NCBI GenBank assembly: GCA_038116375.1
Contig: JAYNUQ010000002.1
Coordinates: 26,766-90,765, forward strand
DNA length: 64,000 bases
Origin: Candidatus Poseidoniales archaeon
GTDB taxonomy: Archaea > Thermoplasmatota > Poseidoniia > Poseidoniales > Poseidoniaceae
Reading direction: 5' to 3'
The position numbers were made by a program, and so were the translations under genes. Position 1 is the first letter of the stretch. Each line of letters opens with the position of its first letter. Below, piece by piece: positions 18,459 through 28,171 of this stretch. The notes under the pieces were generated by a model that searched no databases, was not told the origin of the DNA, and saw only the letters and a program-made list of their open reading frames with translations.

Positions 18459-19772
18459 ATGGCTCAGGTTCCTGGAGGTTGGAAGGCGTCGAACGAGAAT
18501 CAATCGCTCGCTAAGAGCATTGTCGCCGCTGTTGAAGCAAGCGGCCGGTTGTACCGAAACGGTTTGGGGATGATCGCTTCCGAAAACATCGTTTCTCCAG
18601 CAGTGAGGGACATCGTTGGAAGTGACCTTCACGGACGTTATGCAGAAGGCCTTCCGGGAAAGCGGTATTATCAGGGGTGCGACGACTTTGACACCGTTGA
18701 AGCTCTTGGAATTGAACTCGCACAGGAGGTGTTCAATGCGCCGTTCGCCAACATCCAGTCGGTTTCCGGCACGGTCTCAAACATTGGGGCACTCAAAGCA
18801 CTTGCGAAACCTGGCGATGACATCACGGCGGTATCGACCGCTGATGGTGGACACATCTCGCATGCACGAATGGGTGCCGTCGGATTGCGAGACCTGAACC
18901 TGACCACCTATCCATGGAACGAAGAACGTATGGAACCCGATATTGATGCGGCCTGCAAAACCATTCGTAGCGTGGAACCAAAGGTCGCTCTTTTTGGACA
19001 GAGTGTGTTTTTGTTTCCAACTCCGCTGAAGGAAATGGCGGACGCCGCCAAGGAAGTGGGTGCCTCCGTGATGTACGATGGAGCACACGTTCTCGGTCTT
19101 ATCGCAGGGGGCCAATTCCAAGACCCATTGCGGGAGGGTGCCGACCTCATGACGGGCTCAAGTCACAAAACCTTCCCTGGCCCGCAAGGAGGTTTTCTCC
19201 TCTCATCCTCTGAAGACGCGTCCTTTCATCGCCGTTTGAACACCGCCATGTTCCCTGGAGTGTGTTCGTCCTACCATCTTCACCATGTCGCTGGAAAGGT
19301 CATGGCCCTCGCCGAATTCAAGGAGTACGGGGCGGCCTATGCGCGGGATACGGTGGCCAATGCGAAAGCCTTCGCTGCGGCTCTGGCCAGCGAAGGCTTT
19401 GATGTGCTGGCTGAAAGTCGAGGCTACACGGCATCGCATCAAGTCTTGACTCGACACGGTGATCTTGACTCGGGAGCTGGCGCAAAGGCAGCAAAACAAC
19501 TGGAAGAGGCCGGCATCATCACCAACATGAACATGTTACCCGGCGATACCAAAGCCCTCTCACCATCCGGGTTGCGATTGGGCGTGCAGGAACTCACGCG
19601 GGTTGGATTTTCTGAAGATGAAATGTCCGACGTTGCCAAACTTTACGCAAGGGTGTTGCTCAAGGGAGAAGACCCTGTGTCGGTACGTCACGACGTCCAA
19701 GCCCTCAAATCAGAGCACCACATCATCCGCTATTGCTTCAACGAAGATGGGCGTTCTGGTTATCCCGAATAG
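18459..19772 (+). CDS. glyA: serine hydroxymethyltransferase
   Basis: The GLPGKRYYQGC motif and the PLP-lysine signature GSSHKTFPGPQGG are present, and the protein is 437 aa. Confidence 0.9.
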   Translation: MAQVPGGWKASNENQSLAKSIVAAVEASGRLYRNGLGMIASENIVSPAVRDIVGSDLHGRYAEGLPGKRYYQGCDDFDTVEALGIELAQEVFNAPFANIQSVSGTVSNIGALKALAKPGDDITAVSTADGGHISHARMGAVGLRDLNLTTYPWNEERMEPDIDAACKTIRSVEPKVALFGQSVFLFPTPLKEMADAAKEVGASVMYDGAHVLGLIAGGQFQDPLREGADLMTGSSHKTFPGPQGGFLLSSSEDASFHRRLNTAMFPGVCSSYHLHHVAGKVMALAEFKEYGAAYARDTVANAKAFAAALASEGFDVLAESRGYTASHQVLTRHGDLDSGAGAKAAKQLEEAGIITNMNMLPGDTKALSPSGLRLGVQELTRVGFSEDEMSDVAKLYARVLLKGEDPVSVRHDVQALKSEHHIIRYCFNEDGRSGYPE

Positions 19773-19783
19773 GTGGGCCACCG

Positions 19784-20815
19784 ATGGCAGAGACTCCTTC
19801 AGCCATCCATGCGGATTTCACCTTCGGTACCAACGGATATTTTTTCGATGATCTTGGCCACCCCTGCGTTCTCCTGGGAGTCGTTGAATTTGCGGAGTTT
19901 TGCCACCAACTGGATGCAAAGTTCGTCTCGCCTCTTGGTCGCAAATTGATTTACGCCGCCACGGATGCAGAGGAGCGTATTCTTCAACAATCGAATCTGC
20001 AGGCTGGACGATGGTTTGGTAAGCGGAAGGTGATGAAAAAACTTCAACAAAGGGCGGCTTCGATGGGCTGGGGTGTTTTTCACGACCGTATCATCACCAA
20101 TCCTGCACACGATGGTCTGACCGTCGGATTTTCACTTGCCCACCACGAACATGTTTCGAAACGACGTGCTCATGTCGATTGGGAACAAATCAGTCCCGAT
20201 ATGATTCGCTTGGCGTTCGCGCCAAAAGACGACGTCATGGCGGCACCTCCCGAACCCACAGACGTGAATTGGTTTGGGTCCGGTCCAAACACGGCCGTTG
20301 TAGAACGGTTGGATTTGGAACTGGACATTCGCCATTCCATGTTTTTCAATGCAGAAGAACGTTCAGTCTTCATTCCTGTTCATGTGTTCCATCACCTTTT
20401 CAGCAACCTGCTGGGCAGGCCCCTCTCCGATGAGCAAACGAGTACCCTTGCCATCAACCATCATGCAGAAACGGAACACAAACAAGCACTGGGCTGTATC
20501 ATCAAATCTGCCCACGCCGCATTTGCAACCAGCGAACGGGCGGTCTACCTTCAGTCCTCAGGTGACTGGGAAGGCCACCTGCAAGCTCGGTTTGTTGAAC
20601 GCGGGCTCGGTAAAATCACCGTTGAACAGAGCATCCTCGATAACCAATCTGCTTCCGTATTCAAAGTCCATTCCCCCATCGCACCCTACGCCTGTGGTCT
20701 CTTGGTCGGCATGTGGGAACGGGCGCACGGTCAACGGGCAGTCGTGGACGTTGAAGAGGAGCGAGAATCGTTGCGAATTCGAATGGCTCCCCCTCAGGTT
20801 AACTATACCGACTAA
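19784..20815 (+). CDS. hypothetical protein, possibly with tandem V4R-like domains
   Basis: The ORF is 344 aa from MAETPS. The two halves end in similar patterns (..MGWGVFHDRIITNPAHDGLTVGF.. and ..GLGKITVEQ..SVFKVHSPIAPYACGLLVGMWERAHG) that resemble 4-vinyl-reductase-type domains. The assignment is weak. Confidence 0.55.
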   Translation: MAETPSAIHADFTFGTNGYFFDDLGHPCVLLGVVEFAEFCHQLDAKFVSPLGRKLIYAATDAEERILQQSNLQAGRWFGKRKVMKKLQQRAASMGWGVFHDRIITNPAHDGLTVGFSLAHHEHVSKRRAHVDWEQISPDMIRLAFAPKDDVMAAPPEPTDVNWFGSGPNTAVVERLDLELDIRHSMFFNAEERSVFIPVHVFHHLFSNLLGRPLSDEQTSTLAINHHAETEHKQALGCIIKSAHAAFATSERAVYLQSSGDWEGHLQARFVERGLGKITVEQSILDNQSASVFKVHSPIAPYACGLLVGMWERAHGQRAVVDVEEERESLRIRMAPPQVNYTD

Positions 20816-20916
20816 TCGCACGAAGGAACGGCTTTTTGCAGCCGAGAATAACGCTCATTTGTGGTCAAGGTTCATAACCGAATCAACGCCTCGGTCACCT
20901 TGCACAGAAGTGCCGG

Positions 20917-23900
20917 GTGTTACCAATGAGTCTCAACCACAACCAAATGGCGTATGTAGCAATCGTTTCCACCCTGATTTTTGGGTCGCTTTTCGTAGGT
21001 GTTTCTGGATTCTTCCAAACCAGTGAGGACATTGGTGGGTTTGACAGCGCCGTAGAGGAAGACATCCGTGGTGAATCCGAGCTGATGTCTGAAGCGCTTG
21101 ATACCGACGGCGATGGTCTTTCAGACAAATTGGAAGAGACCCAATACGGTACGGATGTCAACGATCCCGACACAGATAACGACGGGATGAGTGATGGTTG
21201 GGAAGTTCAACACGGACTCAATCCACTCGACAACGGAGAATCCGAAGATATCGAAATAGATCCTACTCAAAACGACGACCAAAGCGATGCACAGGTTGAG
21301 AACGAAACCGAATCATGGCCCGACCCCAGCCAGGGGCCGACGGGTGATCCCGACAGGGACGGCCTCACCAACCAGGCGGAGCAGGAACTGGGAACCGACC
21401 CCCAGCGAGCAGACACCGACAACGATGGCCTCAACGACCGCTGGGAATCCCTCTACACCACCAGCGTGCAAACCCCCGGTGGTGAAGTGATCTTGTTCAA
21501 TCCTCTCGACGGGAACTGGGATTGTTTGCTCCTCGACCAAGCCATGGTCGATGCGCTCGAAACCCGATTTAACGGGGAAAACGGAATGGCAGAGTGGGAC
21601 GACCTTGCCTCTAACGGTCGCCACTCCTGCGATATGGTGTTGGACACTGACGACGACGGTCTCGCCAACTTTGAGGAAGAGGCCTTTGGAACCAACCCCA
21701 CCGCTCGAGATTCTGACATGGACTTGATCGACGATATTGTTGAAGTTGCCAATGAAACCATTGCGCTTTACACTGGACTCGGTGAAAACTGCAACGAGCC
21801 CTTGCTCGACCCGATTCCCCACATCGGACCTTTCTTCGGTGTTGAGCGAAATTGGTTCTTGATGGACATGGACGGTGATGGTCTTCTCAACGGTCCATCG
21901 GACTGGGATACTGACGGTGATGGCATGCCCGATGGTTTTGAGTTCTGTTATTCCGATGCATCAATGGCCCCGAATGCTGGATATGTTCTCAACCCCGCCA
22001 ACGCCTCCGACGGCTACGGTGATTGGGACGAAGACGGCATGAACAACGTAGAAGAATACCAAGTGGCTCAAATTTTTGGTGAGGGCAACTTCACCTCTCC
22101 GTGGCTCCAAGATACGGACCAGGACGAGATGCCCGACCAGTGGGAGGCATCCAACGGCCTCCATCCACGCTCGGCCCTCAACCGTGATCAAGACCCTGAC
22201 ATGGACGGCTACGACCTCGATGCTGACGGCGATGTCATGTATGCCGAACTTGAAAACACAGCGATTGTCCACACCGTGGATGTTTCCCTTGGCGAACAGG
22301 TCTCGGCCAACCAGCAAGTTGCATCTGCCCGTATCATTCTCGCTGGCGGTAATCAGCAAATTGTTCCAATGCGCGCACCTGTTGACGGGTACGTGTACGA
22401 ACTGAACGTGGTTCTTGGCCAGAGTGTTGAATCCCGTTTGTTCTCCTGGATGAACATCGTTGAGGAAGAAGAGCGGTTCACGAACGTCATGGAGTACAAA
22501 GCCAACGACCGCGACCAAGACGGTATTCTTGACGGACGCAGCACCAATCCACTCAATGCAGATACCGACTCGGACGGATTAATCGACGGAATTGAAGTCA
22601 TGGGATGGGAAATTCTGGTCGTTAACCGTGGTGTTCAACCAACCTGGGTCACTTCCGACCCTGGCCTCTATGATACCGATGCTGACGGTCTTTCAGACTA
22701 TGACGAATTCTCATCAACCTGCAACCTCGGTGGTTCAAATGCCTCGAATCCGGACACGGATTCCGACGGTCTGACCGACCTTGAGGAAGCAGGTGATAAT
22801 TTCATGTGGGAAGGCGAGACCTACTCGACCAGTCCGTGCATGTTTGATACCGACAACGATGGCCTTGAAGACGGAGAAGAAGTCATTGCAGGCGCTGACA
22901 ATTTCCTCACGCACGCCAACAAATCCGATACCGACGATGACGGTCTCGTTGACGGCCAAGAAGTTCTGTTCGTCCCCCGTCCGTTCCAAAACCCGACCAA
23001 TCCGTTGCTCAACGATACGGACGCTGATGGGATGTTGGACGGCTGGGAAATGCAGGTGAAATCTGCAGAAGACAACACCAACTCGCACAGTCTGTGGGTG
23101 GTGACCTCAACCTGGGAACGCCCGGGTTGTGAAGCAACGCAAACCAGTTCTTGCACCATGCAACCCGGCGGATATGTTTGGCAGAATTGGCTGGGTGGAT
23201 TTGCCCTTGAACCGAAATTCCAAGTCAGCGAGATGAACCTCACCGGTTTCCAAATGCCGACCAATTCCCTGTGCGACGGCTGTAACGGTCGATGGGCTTT
23301 GGACCCATCACTCAGTTCGCTCAAGGACGACACCTTTGACATTGACAACGACACGCTGGCCAACGGTATGGAAGCCCCAGACCGCTGGGATACCAATCCC
23401 GTGGATGACGACACCGACGGCGATCAACTCCCAGATGGATGGGAAGTGTACTACTCTCAACTGGCCTTTGAAAACGGCCTTGCTGATAACGAAACCGTAG
23501 GTGTTTACGGCGCACGCGGTGTCATGGACCCTTCTATGCCCGACAGCGATTTGGACGGTATTGATGACGGGTTTGAGGACCCAGATAACGACGGACTCAA
23601 TCGAAGTGGACTCATCAAGCGTTATTGTCCTGGCTACAACGACACCACGAACTCAGAATGCAATATTGATCCAGATACACCCGATGGTCAACGGTTCTAT
23701 GATAACCTCGAGAACTATACGAACTTCGAAGAGATGCAAAACGGCACCAACCCAATCACCAACGATACCGATGGTGATGACTGGAACGATGGGCCAGAAG
23801 TGTATTACCAAGATCACGACGATGACGGAATGGCAACCGGATGGGAATATCACTTCCAGTTTGATCCCTTCGACGGTGCAGACCGCATGGTTGACACGGA

Positions 23901-24006
23901 CGGCGACGGACACGTGAACTTCTGCGAGTACAAGTGGGACACAAACCCAAGAAATCCTGTTTCGTATCCTGGTCAAGGTGAATTGTGCGACCCCTTCAGC
24001 GATTGA
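20917..24006 (+). CDS. giant secreted acidic protein with thrombospondin type-3-like Ca-binding repeats
   Basis: An N-terminal TM/signal segment (AYVAIVSTLIFGSLFVGVSGFF) is followed by more than 20 copies of D-x-D-x-D-G-x-x-D-x-x-E, for example DTDGDGLSDKLEE, DTDNDGMSDGWE, DTDSDGLIDGIE and DTDGDGHVNFCE. Confidence 0.8.
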   Translation: MLPMSLNHNQMAYVAIVSTLIFGSLFVGVSGFFQTSEDIGGFDSAVEEDIRGESELMSEALDTDGDGLSDKLEETQYGTDVNDPDTDNDGMSDGWEVQHGLNPLDNGESEDIEIDPTQNDDQSDAQVENETESWPDPSQGPTGDPDRDGLTNQAEQELGTDPQRADTDNDGLNDRWESLYTTSVQTPGGEVILFNPLDGNWDCLLLDQAMVDALETRFNGENGMAEWDDLASNGRHSCDMVLDTDDDGLANFEEEAFGTNPTARDSDMDLIDDIVEVANETIALYTGLGENCNEPLLDPIPHIGPFFGVERNWFLMDMDGDGLLNGPSDWDTDGDGMPDGFEFCYSDASMAPNAGYVLNPANASDGYGDWDEDGMNNVEEYQVAQIFGEGNFTSPWLQDTDQDEMPDQWEASNGLHPRSALNRDQDPDMDGYDLDADGDVMYAELENTAIVHTVDVSLGEQVSANQQVASARIILAGGNQQIVPMRAPVDGYVYELNVVLGQSVESRLFSWMNIVEEEERFTNVMEYKANDRDQDGILDGRSTNPLNADTDSDGLIDGIEVMGWEILVVNRGVQPTWVTSDPGLYDTDADGLSDYDEFSSTCNLGGSNASNPDTDSDGLTDLEEAGDNFMWEGETYSTSPCMFDTDNDGLEDGEEVIAGADNFLTHANKSDTDDDGLVDGQEVLFVPRPFQNPTNPLLNDTDADGMLDGWEMQVKSAEDNTNSHSLWVVTSTWERPGCEATQTSSCTMQPGGYVWQNWLGGFALEPKFQVSEMNLTGFQMPTNSLCDGCNGRWALDPSLSSLKDDTFDIDNDTLANGMEAPDRWDTNPVDDDTDGDQLPDGWEVYYSQLAFENGLADNETVGVYGARGVMDPSMPDSDLDGIDDGFEDPDNDGLNRSGLIKRYCPGYNDTTNSECNIDPDTPDGQRFYDNLENYTNFEEMQNGTNPITNDTDGDDWNDGPEVYYQDHDDDGMATGWEYHFQFDPFDGADRMVDTDGDGHVNFCEYKWDTNPRNPVSYPGQGELCDPFSD
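21100..23940 (+). repeat. array of protein-level TSP3-like repeats (DxDxDGxxDxxE) inside the 20917..24006 CDS
   Basis: Recurrent gacaccgac/gataccgac...gacgg(c/t) codon blocks are visible throughout. These are coding repeats, not a CRISPR or satellite array. Confidence 0.7.
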
Positions 24007-24028
24007 TGAGACCAGGTGATGGGGACTG

Positions 24029-25597
24029 TTGACCAGCGTACTGACACGACCACTGGCGCTGTCTGTTGTTGGTTTGCTTTTCCTGACCATGGCGTTCCCG
24101 CTGGCACAAGCCGACCATACGGATGAGGACACAGACGAAGTCGTTTTTGAGTTCAGTTCAGAGCATGGGCTCCAATTCACGGATGAATTGAATCTAACGG
24201 GCACCTCAACCGTGCCCCTGAGAAATACGAGTTGGTCGATTGTCAACATCTCTGGACCTACGCCGACAACGCTGCTAAGTGGTCCGTATCTCACCTCTGT
24301 ACAACCTGTGGATGACGAGCAGTTTGCTTGGCAGTTACTCGTGGACGTGACCGGATATGATTGCACGTGCTATGTCCACATCGACATTGAGGATGAACAT
24401 CTACCCTACGCATCAACCCTCCTCGTTTATCTTGGGGACGCTCTTCATCGTCCTGCCTTTATTGAAGAAGTGAGCATGGGCTTGAGTCCGGGTGCACCGT
24501 CGGATTCTGAACGAATCGAGGGTGGAGATGTTGTGTATACCTCTGGCACCGCAGCGTTACGTTTCGGCTATGTCCTTCCTCCAACAGGGACGACCATTGT
24601 TAGTGTACAAGCCGATATTTGCGAAGCACCGTTTGGGGTTTGCACCAACACATCAACTCAGTTTGATGTTCCGTTTGTTGTTTTTGAAAACGAAGTGGTC
24701 GTGTCCTTTGATCCAGCTGAACTTGGTCTTGGAGAGGGAGTATGGCATCTTGACGTGACCGCCAAAGATGACCTCCTGCGTACCACAGGGGAGTCTTGGG
24801 CCGTTGTGCTTTATGACACTCAACCTCCGTCGGTCTCAATGGCGTTGCCTCCATCGGTGAATGAATCCGAACCTCTGCACGTTTATGCCTCGGTTTCTGA
24901 CGGCTACACGGGCTCATCGTTTACCTACACATGGGCGCTGGTCCTCGATACAGGTGAACGAAGAGCACCGCTCGAGAGCGAAGTGGTGAGCGATGAACAC
25001 CTGATCTTCAACCTCTCCAACAAAGGCATCTACACCGTAGAACTCTCGGTTAGGGACCGTGCAGGTTATGTTTCGCAAGCATCGGATACATTCACGGTGT
25101 TGAACATCCGTCCAACCGCTCACATCAGCATTGATGGCTTGGTGGTGGAAGACAACGGTCGTTTATCCATGCAGATGGACGGCGATTGGGAGCTAAATGC
25201 AAGTCAAAGTTTTGACAACGAAGGGGTGGATTTTCTGTGGGTGATCAACGACGACCGTTCGGTCAGGGGCTCACCTACCTTGCCCTCTTCGGAGTTTTCA
25301 CAGGACGGCCAATACCGTGTTGAGTTGATCGTATTCGATGACGATGGGGAAACACACTCAACGGTTATCGAGATTGATGTTCTTGGTGTTGAATCCGAGG
25401 AACCTTCCTCCATATCTTTTGCCTTCGCCCTGTTTTTCCTCTTCCTCACGGTGTCTTATGTTGCTTATCGTTCCCGTTCAGCTCCAACTGCTGAACTTCC
25501 GAAATGGACTGCCTCAGCAAAAGAAGACCCCCTTCAATCCCATCACCGAACGGAGGGTTTTGATGCAACGATTGAAGAAGACCAAGCGCGAGGATGA
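24029..25597 (+). CDS. secreted, C-terminally anchored protein with PKD-like domains
   Basis: The start codon is TTG and a signal peptide is present (LALSVVGLLFLTMAFPLAQA). There are two PKD-like segments (YTWALVLDTGE...GIYTVELSVRDRAGY and FLWVINDD...GQYRVELIVFDDDGE). A C-terminal TM segment (ISFAFALFFLFLTVSYVAY) is followed by a charged tail. Confidence 0.7.
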   Translation: MTSVLTRPLALSVVGLLFLTMAFPLAQADHTDEDTDEVVFEFSSEHGLQFTDELNLTGTSTVPLRNTSWSIVNISGPTPTTLLSGPYLTSVQPVDDEQFAWQLLVDVTGYDCTCYVHIDIEDEHLPYASTLLVYLGDALHRPAFIEEVSMGLSPGAPSDSERIEGGDVVYTSGTAALRFGYVLPPTGTTIVSVQADICEAPFGVCTNTSTQFDVPFVVFENEVVVSFDPAELGLGEGVWHLDVTAKDDLLRTTGESWAVVLYDTQPPSVSMALPPSVNESEPLHVYASVSDGYTGSSFTYTWALVLDTGERRAPLESEVVSDEHLIFNLSNKGIYTVELSVRDRAGYVSQASDTFTVLNIRPTAHISIDGLVVEDNGRLSMQMDGDWELNASQSFDNEGVDFLWVINDDRSVRGSPTLPSSEFSQDGQYRVELIVFDDDGETHSTVIEIDVLGVESEEPSSISFAFALFFLFLTVSYVAYRSRSAPTAELPKWTASAKEDPLQSHHRTEGFDATIEEDQARG

Positions 25598-25600
25598 ATC

Positions 25601-26974
25601 ATGTTCGCAGAAGCCATCACAAGGCTCCCTCAGCGGCCACCCGAAACCACCGTGGAAGAATTTGCGCAACGTCAGGCTCGCCTTACCTCACAATTTCGCC
25701 AAGATGATGTTTTGATTTTAGCGTCGCCTTCCTTTGCCGTCCACTCGAACGACGTTGAATATCGATACCGTACTTCAAGCGATTTACTCTACCTCACTGG
25801 ATGGAGTGAGCCCGAATCCGTATTCGTTCTCCGCCACGACGGTAGCGATTGGCAATCGTGTCTGTTCGTTCAACCCAAGGACACCTTGAAGGAAATTTGG
25901 GAAGGTCGTCGCCCCGGAGTTGAAGGAGCCGTCGCATCCTTTGCTGTCGATGTTGCCTACAACAACGGAGACTTGGAGGATCACTTGCACGGATGGCTGA
26001 GCGACGCCCGCCGCGTCTTTCACCGGGGTGGCGTTAACTCGAAGATTGATGCCATGGTCGACCTTGCTGTTCGACGGCGAGATCGAGCCCGCCAGCACTT
26101 TGGAACGGGCCCAGTCGCAGTTGAGGACCCCTCAGCTTTGCTCGCAGAACTCCGCCTTCGAAAATCCTCATCGGAGATTGACCAAATGGTCTATGCGAGT
26201 AAAGTCGCTGCAATCGCTCATGAATTGGCCATGCGCCACAGTCGTGAGGGGGTAACAGAATACCAACTCCAATCCATCATTGAAGGCTTTTTTTCCTATG
26301 CTGGGGCCTCAGGTTGGTCGTATCCGTCCATCGTGGGCTGTGGTGAAAACGCAACCATCCTTCATTACACTACGAACCAGGACGAATGCGGCATTGACGA
26401 AGTGATTCTCATCGATGCAGGTGCGGAATTCCGGGGTTACGCAAGCGACATTACCCGTTCGTGGCCGATTTCTGGGGCATTTAGCGATGCCCAGCGCGAA
26501 ATTTACGAGATTGTACTGGATGCACAACTCGCAGCCATTGATGCATGTAAAGTGGGTATGCCCTACACGGCACCGCACGACGCCGCTCGAAGGGTGCTCG
26601 CTGAAGGATTGATTCGCCTCGGAGTCATCTCCCAAAGTATCGAAGAAGCCCTGGACATGGATTCGGGAGAACTCAAGAACTGGTACATGCACAACACCAG
26701 TCACTGGATTGGCCTTGATGTTCACGATGCTGGCGTTTACAAGCCCGGAGGGGAACCTCGCCTTTTGGAACCGGGTATGTGCCTCACCGTTGAACCTGGA
26801 CTCTATTTTGGTGCATGGCGCCCGGATGTTGACTGTCCAGAACGTTATGCAAACATTGGGATTCGGATTGAAGATGATGTCCTCATCACGGCCGATGGTC
26901 CTGTTGTCCTGACCGAAGACTGCCCAAAAACGGTCGAAGACATTGAACGCATCGTCGGTCAAGTCCTCAACTGA
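25601..26974 (+). CDS. pepP: Xaa-Pro aminopeptidase (M24B family)
   Basis: The metal-ligand pattern is IDAGAEFRGYASDITR, HWIGLDVHD, VEPGLY and GIRIEDDVLIT. An aminopeptidase-P-type N-terminal domain is also present. Confidence 0.85.
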   Translation: MFAEAITRLPQRPPETTVEEFAQRQARLTSQFRQDDVLILASPSFAVHSNDVEYRYRTSSDLLYLTGWSEPESVFVLRHDGSDWQSCLFVQPKDTLKEIWEGRRPGVEGAVASFAVDVAYNNGDLEDHLHGWLSDARRVFHRGGVNSKIDAMVDLAVRRRDRARQHFGTGPVAVEDPSALLAELRLRKSSSEIDQMVYASKVAAIAHELAMRHSREGVTEYQLQSIIEGFFSYAGASGWSYPSIVGCGENATILHYTTNQDECGIDEVILIDAGAEFRGYASDITRSWPISGAFSDAQREIYEIVLDAQLAAIDACKVGMPYTAPHDAARRVLAEGLIRLGVISQSIEEALDMDSGELKNWYMHNTSHWIGLDVHDAGVYKPGGEPRLLEPGMCLTVEPGLYFGAWRPDVDCPERYANIGIRIEDDVLITADGPVVLTEDCPKTVEDIERIVGQVLN

Positions 26975-26983
26975 GGTGAGCAC

Positions 26984-28171
26984 TTGAGGTGGAAACAGAT
27001 TTTGCAGCGTCAGTCAGGTTGGACAAGGGAGAAGGCGTCTTCCCTTCGTCTTTCAAACGAGGAGGCCGTTCTCCTGTATGATGAGGCACCACTCCACGAA
27101 CTGATGCAAGCCGCACATCAGCGACGCCTGGCCATGCACCCCAACGGAAAGGTGACGTACCTCGTTGACCGAAACATCAACTACACCAACGTCTGCACGA
27201 TCAATTGCCAATTTTGTTCCTTCTATCGCCCACCCGGACATGATGAGACCTACACCCAAACCTACCAGGAGATATCACAACGGGTTCGAGAACTGGAGGC
27301 GATTGGGGGGTCAAGAATTCTCATGCAAGGAGGCGTGAACCCAGAACTTCCCTTTTCATGGTACACGGATTTACTCGAACACCTCCGTACGAACCACCCC
27401 AGTATCGATTTGGATTGCTTTAGTCCCATTGAGATTGAAGGACTCGCTGAAGTATGTGAGATGACCACACTCGAGGTCCTTCAACATCTGAAAGAAGCCG
27501 GCATGCACGGTCTTCCTGGCGGCGGCGCAGAGATGTTGGTTGAAGAAGTCAGAAAGGACGTATCTCCCAAAAAAGGGGCCCCAGCCAACTGGTTGCGAGT
27601 CATGTCGGAAGCTCAATCTCTGGGCTTGACCACCAGCGCTACAAACGTCATCGGTTTTGGTGAGGGCTCAACCGAACGGGTGGAGCACATGCATCGCATA
27701 CGCGACCTGCAAGCATCCTCTATGGCTGCCTACGGATTCGGTTTCACTTCCTTCATAGCGTGGCCAGTTCAACTTGAGGTCAATTCATTTGGTCGCAGAA
27801 ACCGTGGACAAAACAAGCACGTTTTGGGTGCAGGCTCCTCAGAGTATCTACGCCATGTTGCTGTCTCGAGACTGTTTCTCGATAACGTCGAGCACATACA
27901 AGCCTCCTGGCCTACTATGGGACTTCACATCGCCCAAATGGCTTTGCTTGGAGGGGCTGATGACGCAGGTTCTACCATGATGGAAGAAAACGTGGTTTCG
28001 GCTTCGGGAACCAGCAAGTTGGACGCCTCTGAACTTGAGTTGCAATCCGCCATCCTTCGTGCAGGATTCTCCCCACAACGTAGAGACAGCGACTACATCC
28101 ACTTGAAAACCGACGTGGTTGCACCACCGAGTTCTGAACTCGCAGCCCCACCTCCAACCATCACGTTGTAG
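26984..28171 (+). CDS. radical SAM enzyme of the MqnC/MqnE/CofH family
   Basis: NINYTNVCTINCQFCSFYR contains the CxxxCxxC cluster site. The family-typical segments LPGGGAEMLVEEVRKDVSPKK and GFTSFIAWP are present. The start codon is TTG. I cannot discriminate the subfamily (futalosine pathway versus FO synthase) by eye. Confidence 0.7.
   Translation: MRWKQILQRQSGWTREKASSLRLSNEEAVLLYDEAPLHELMQAAHQRRLAMHPNGKVTYLVDRNINYTNVCTINCQFCSFYRPPGHDETYTQTYQEISQRVRELEAIGGSRILMQGGVNPELPFSWYTDLLEHLRTNHPSIDLDCFSPIEIEGLAEVCEMTTLEVLQHLKEAGMHGLPGGGAEMLVEEVRKDVSPKKGAPANWLRVMSEAQSLGLTTSATNVIGFGEGSTERVEHMHRIRDLQASSMAAYGFGFTSFIAWPVQLEVNSFGRRNRGQNKHVLGAGSSEYLRHVAVSRLFLDNVEHIQASWPTMGLHIAQMALLGGADDAGSTMMEENVVSASGTSKLDASELELQSAILRAGFSPQRRDSDYIHLKTDVVAPPSSELAAPPPTITL

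Noticed and set aside
21100-23940. Periodic DNA repeats that might be mistaken for a CRISPR or tandem-repeat array. The same applies to 29687..30488.
   Set aside because: The repeats are in-frame codon blocks for DxDxDGxxDxxE Ca-binding loops inside long ORFs. Their spacing is irregular, and there is no repeat-spacer architecture or leader.
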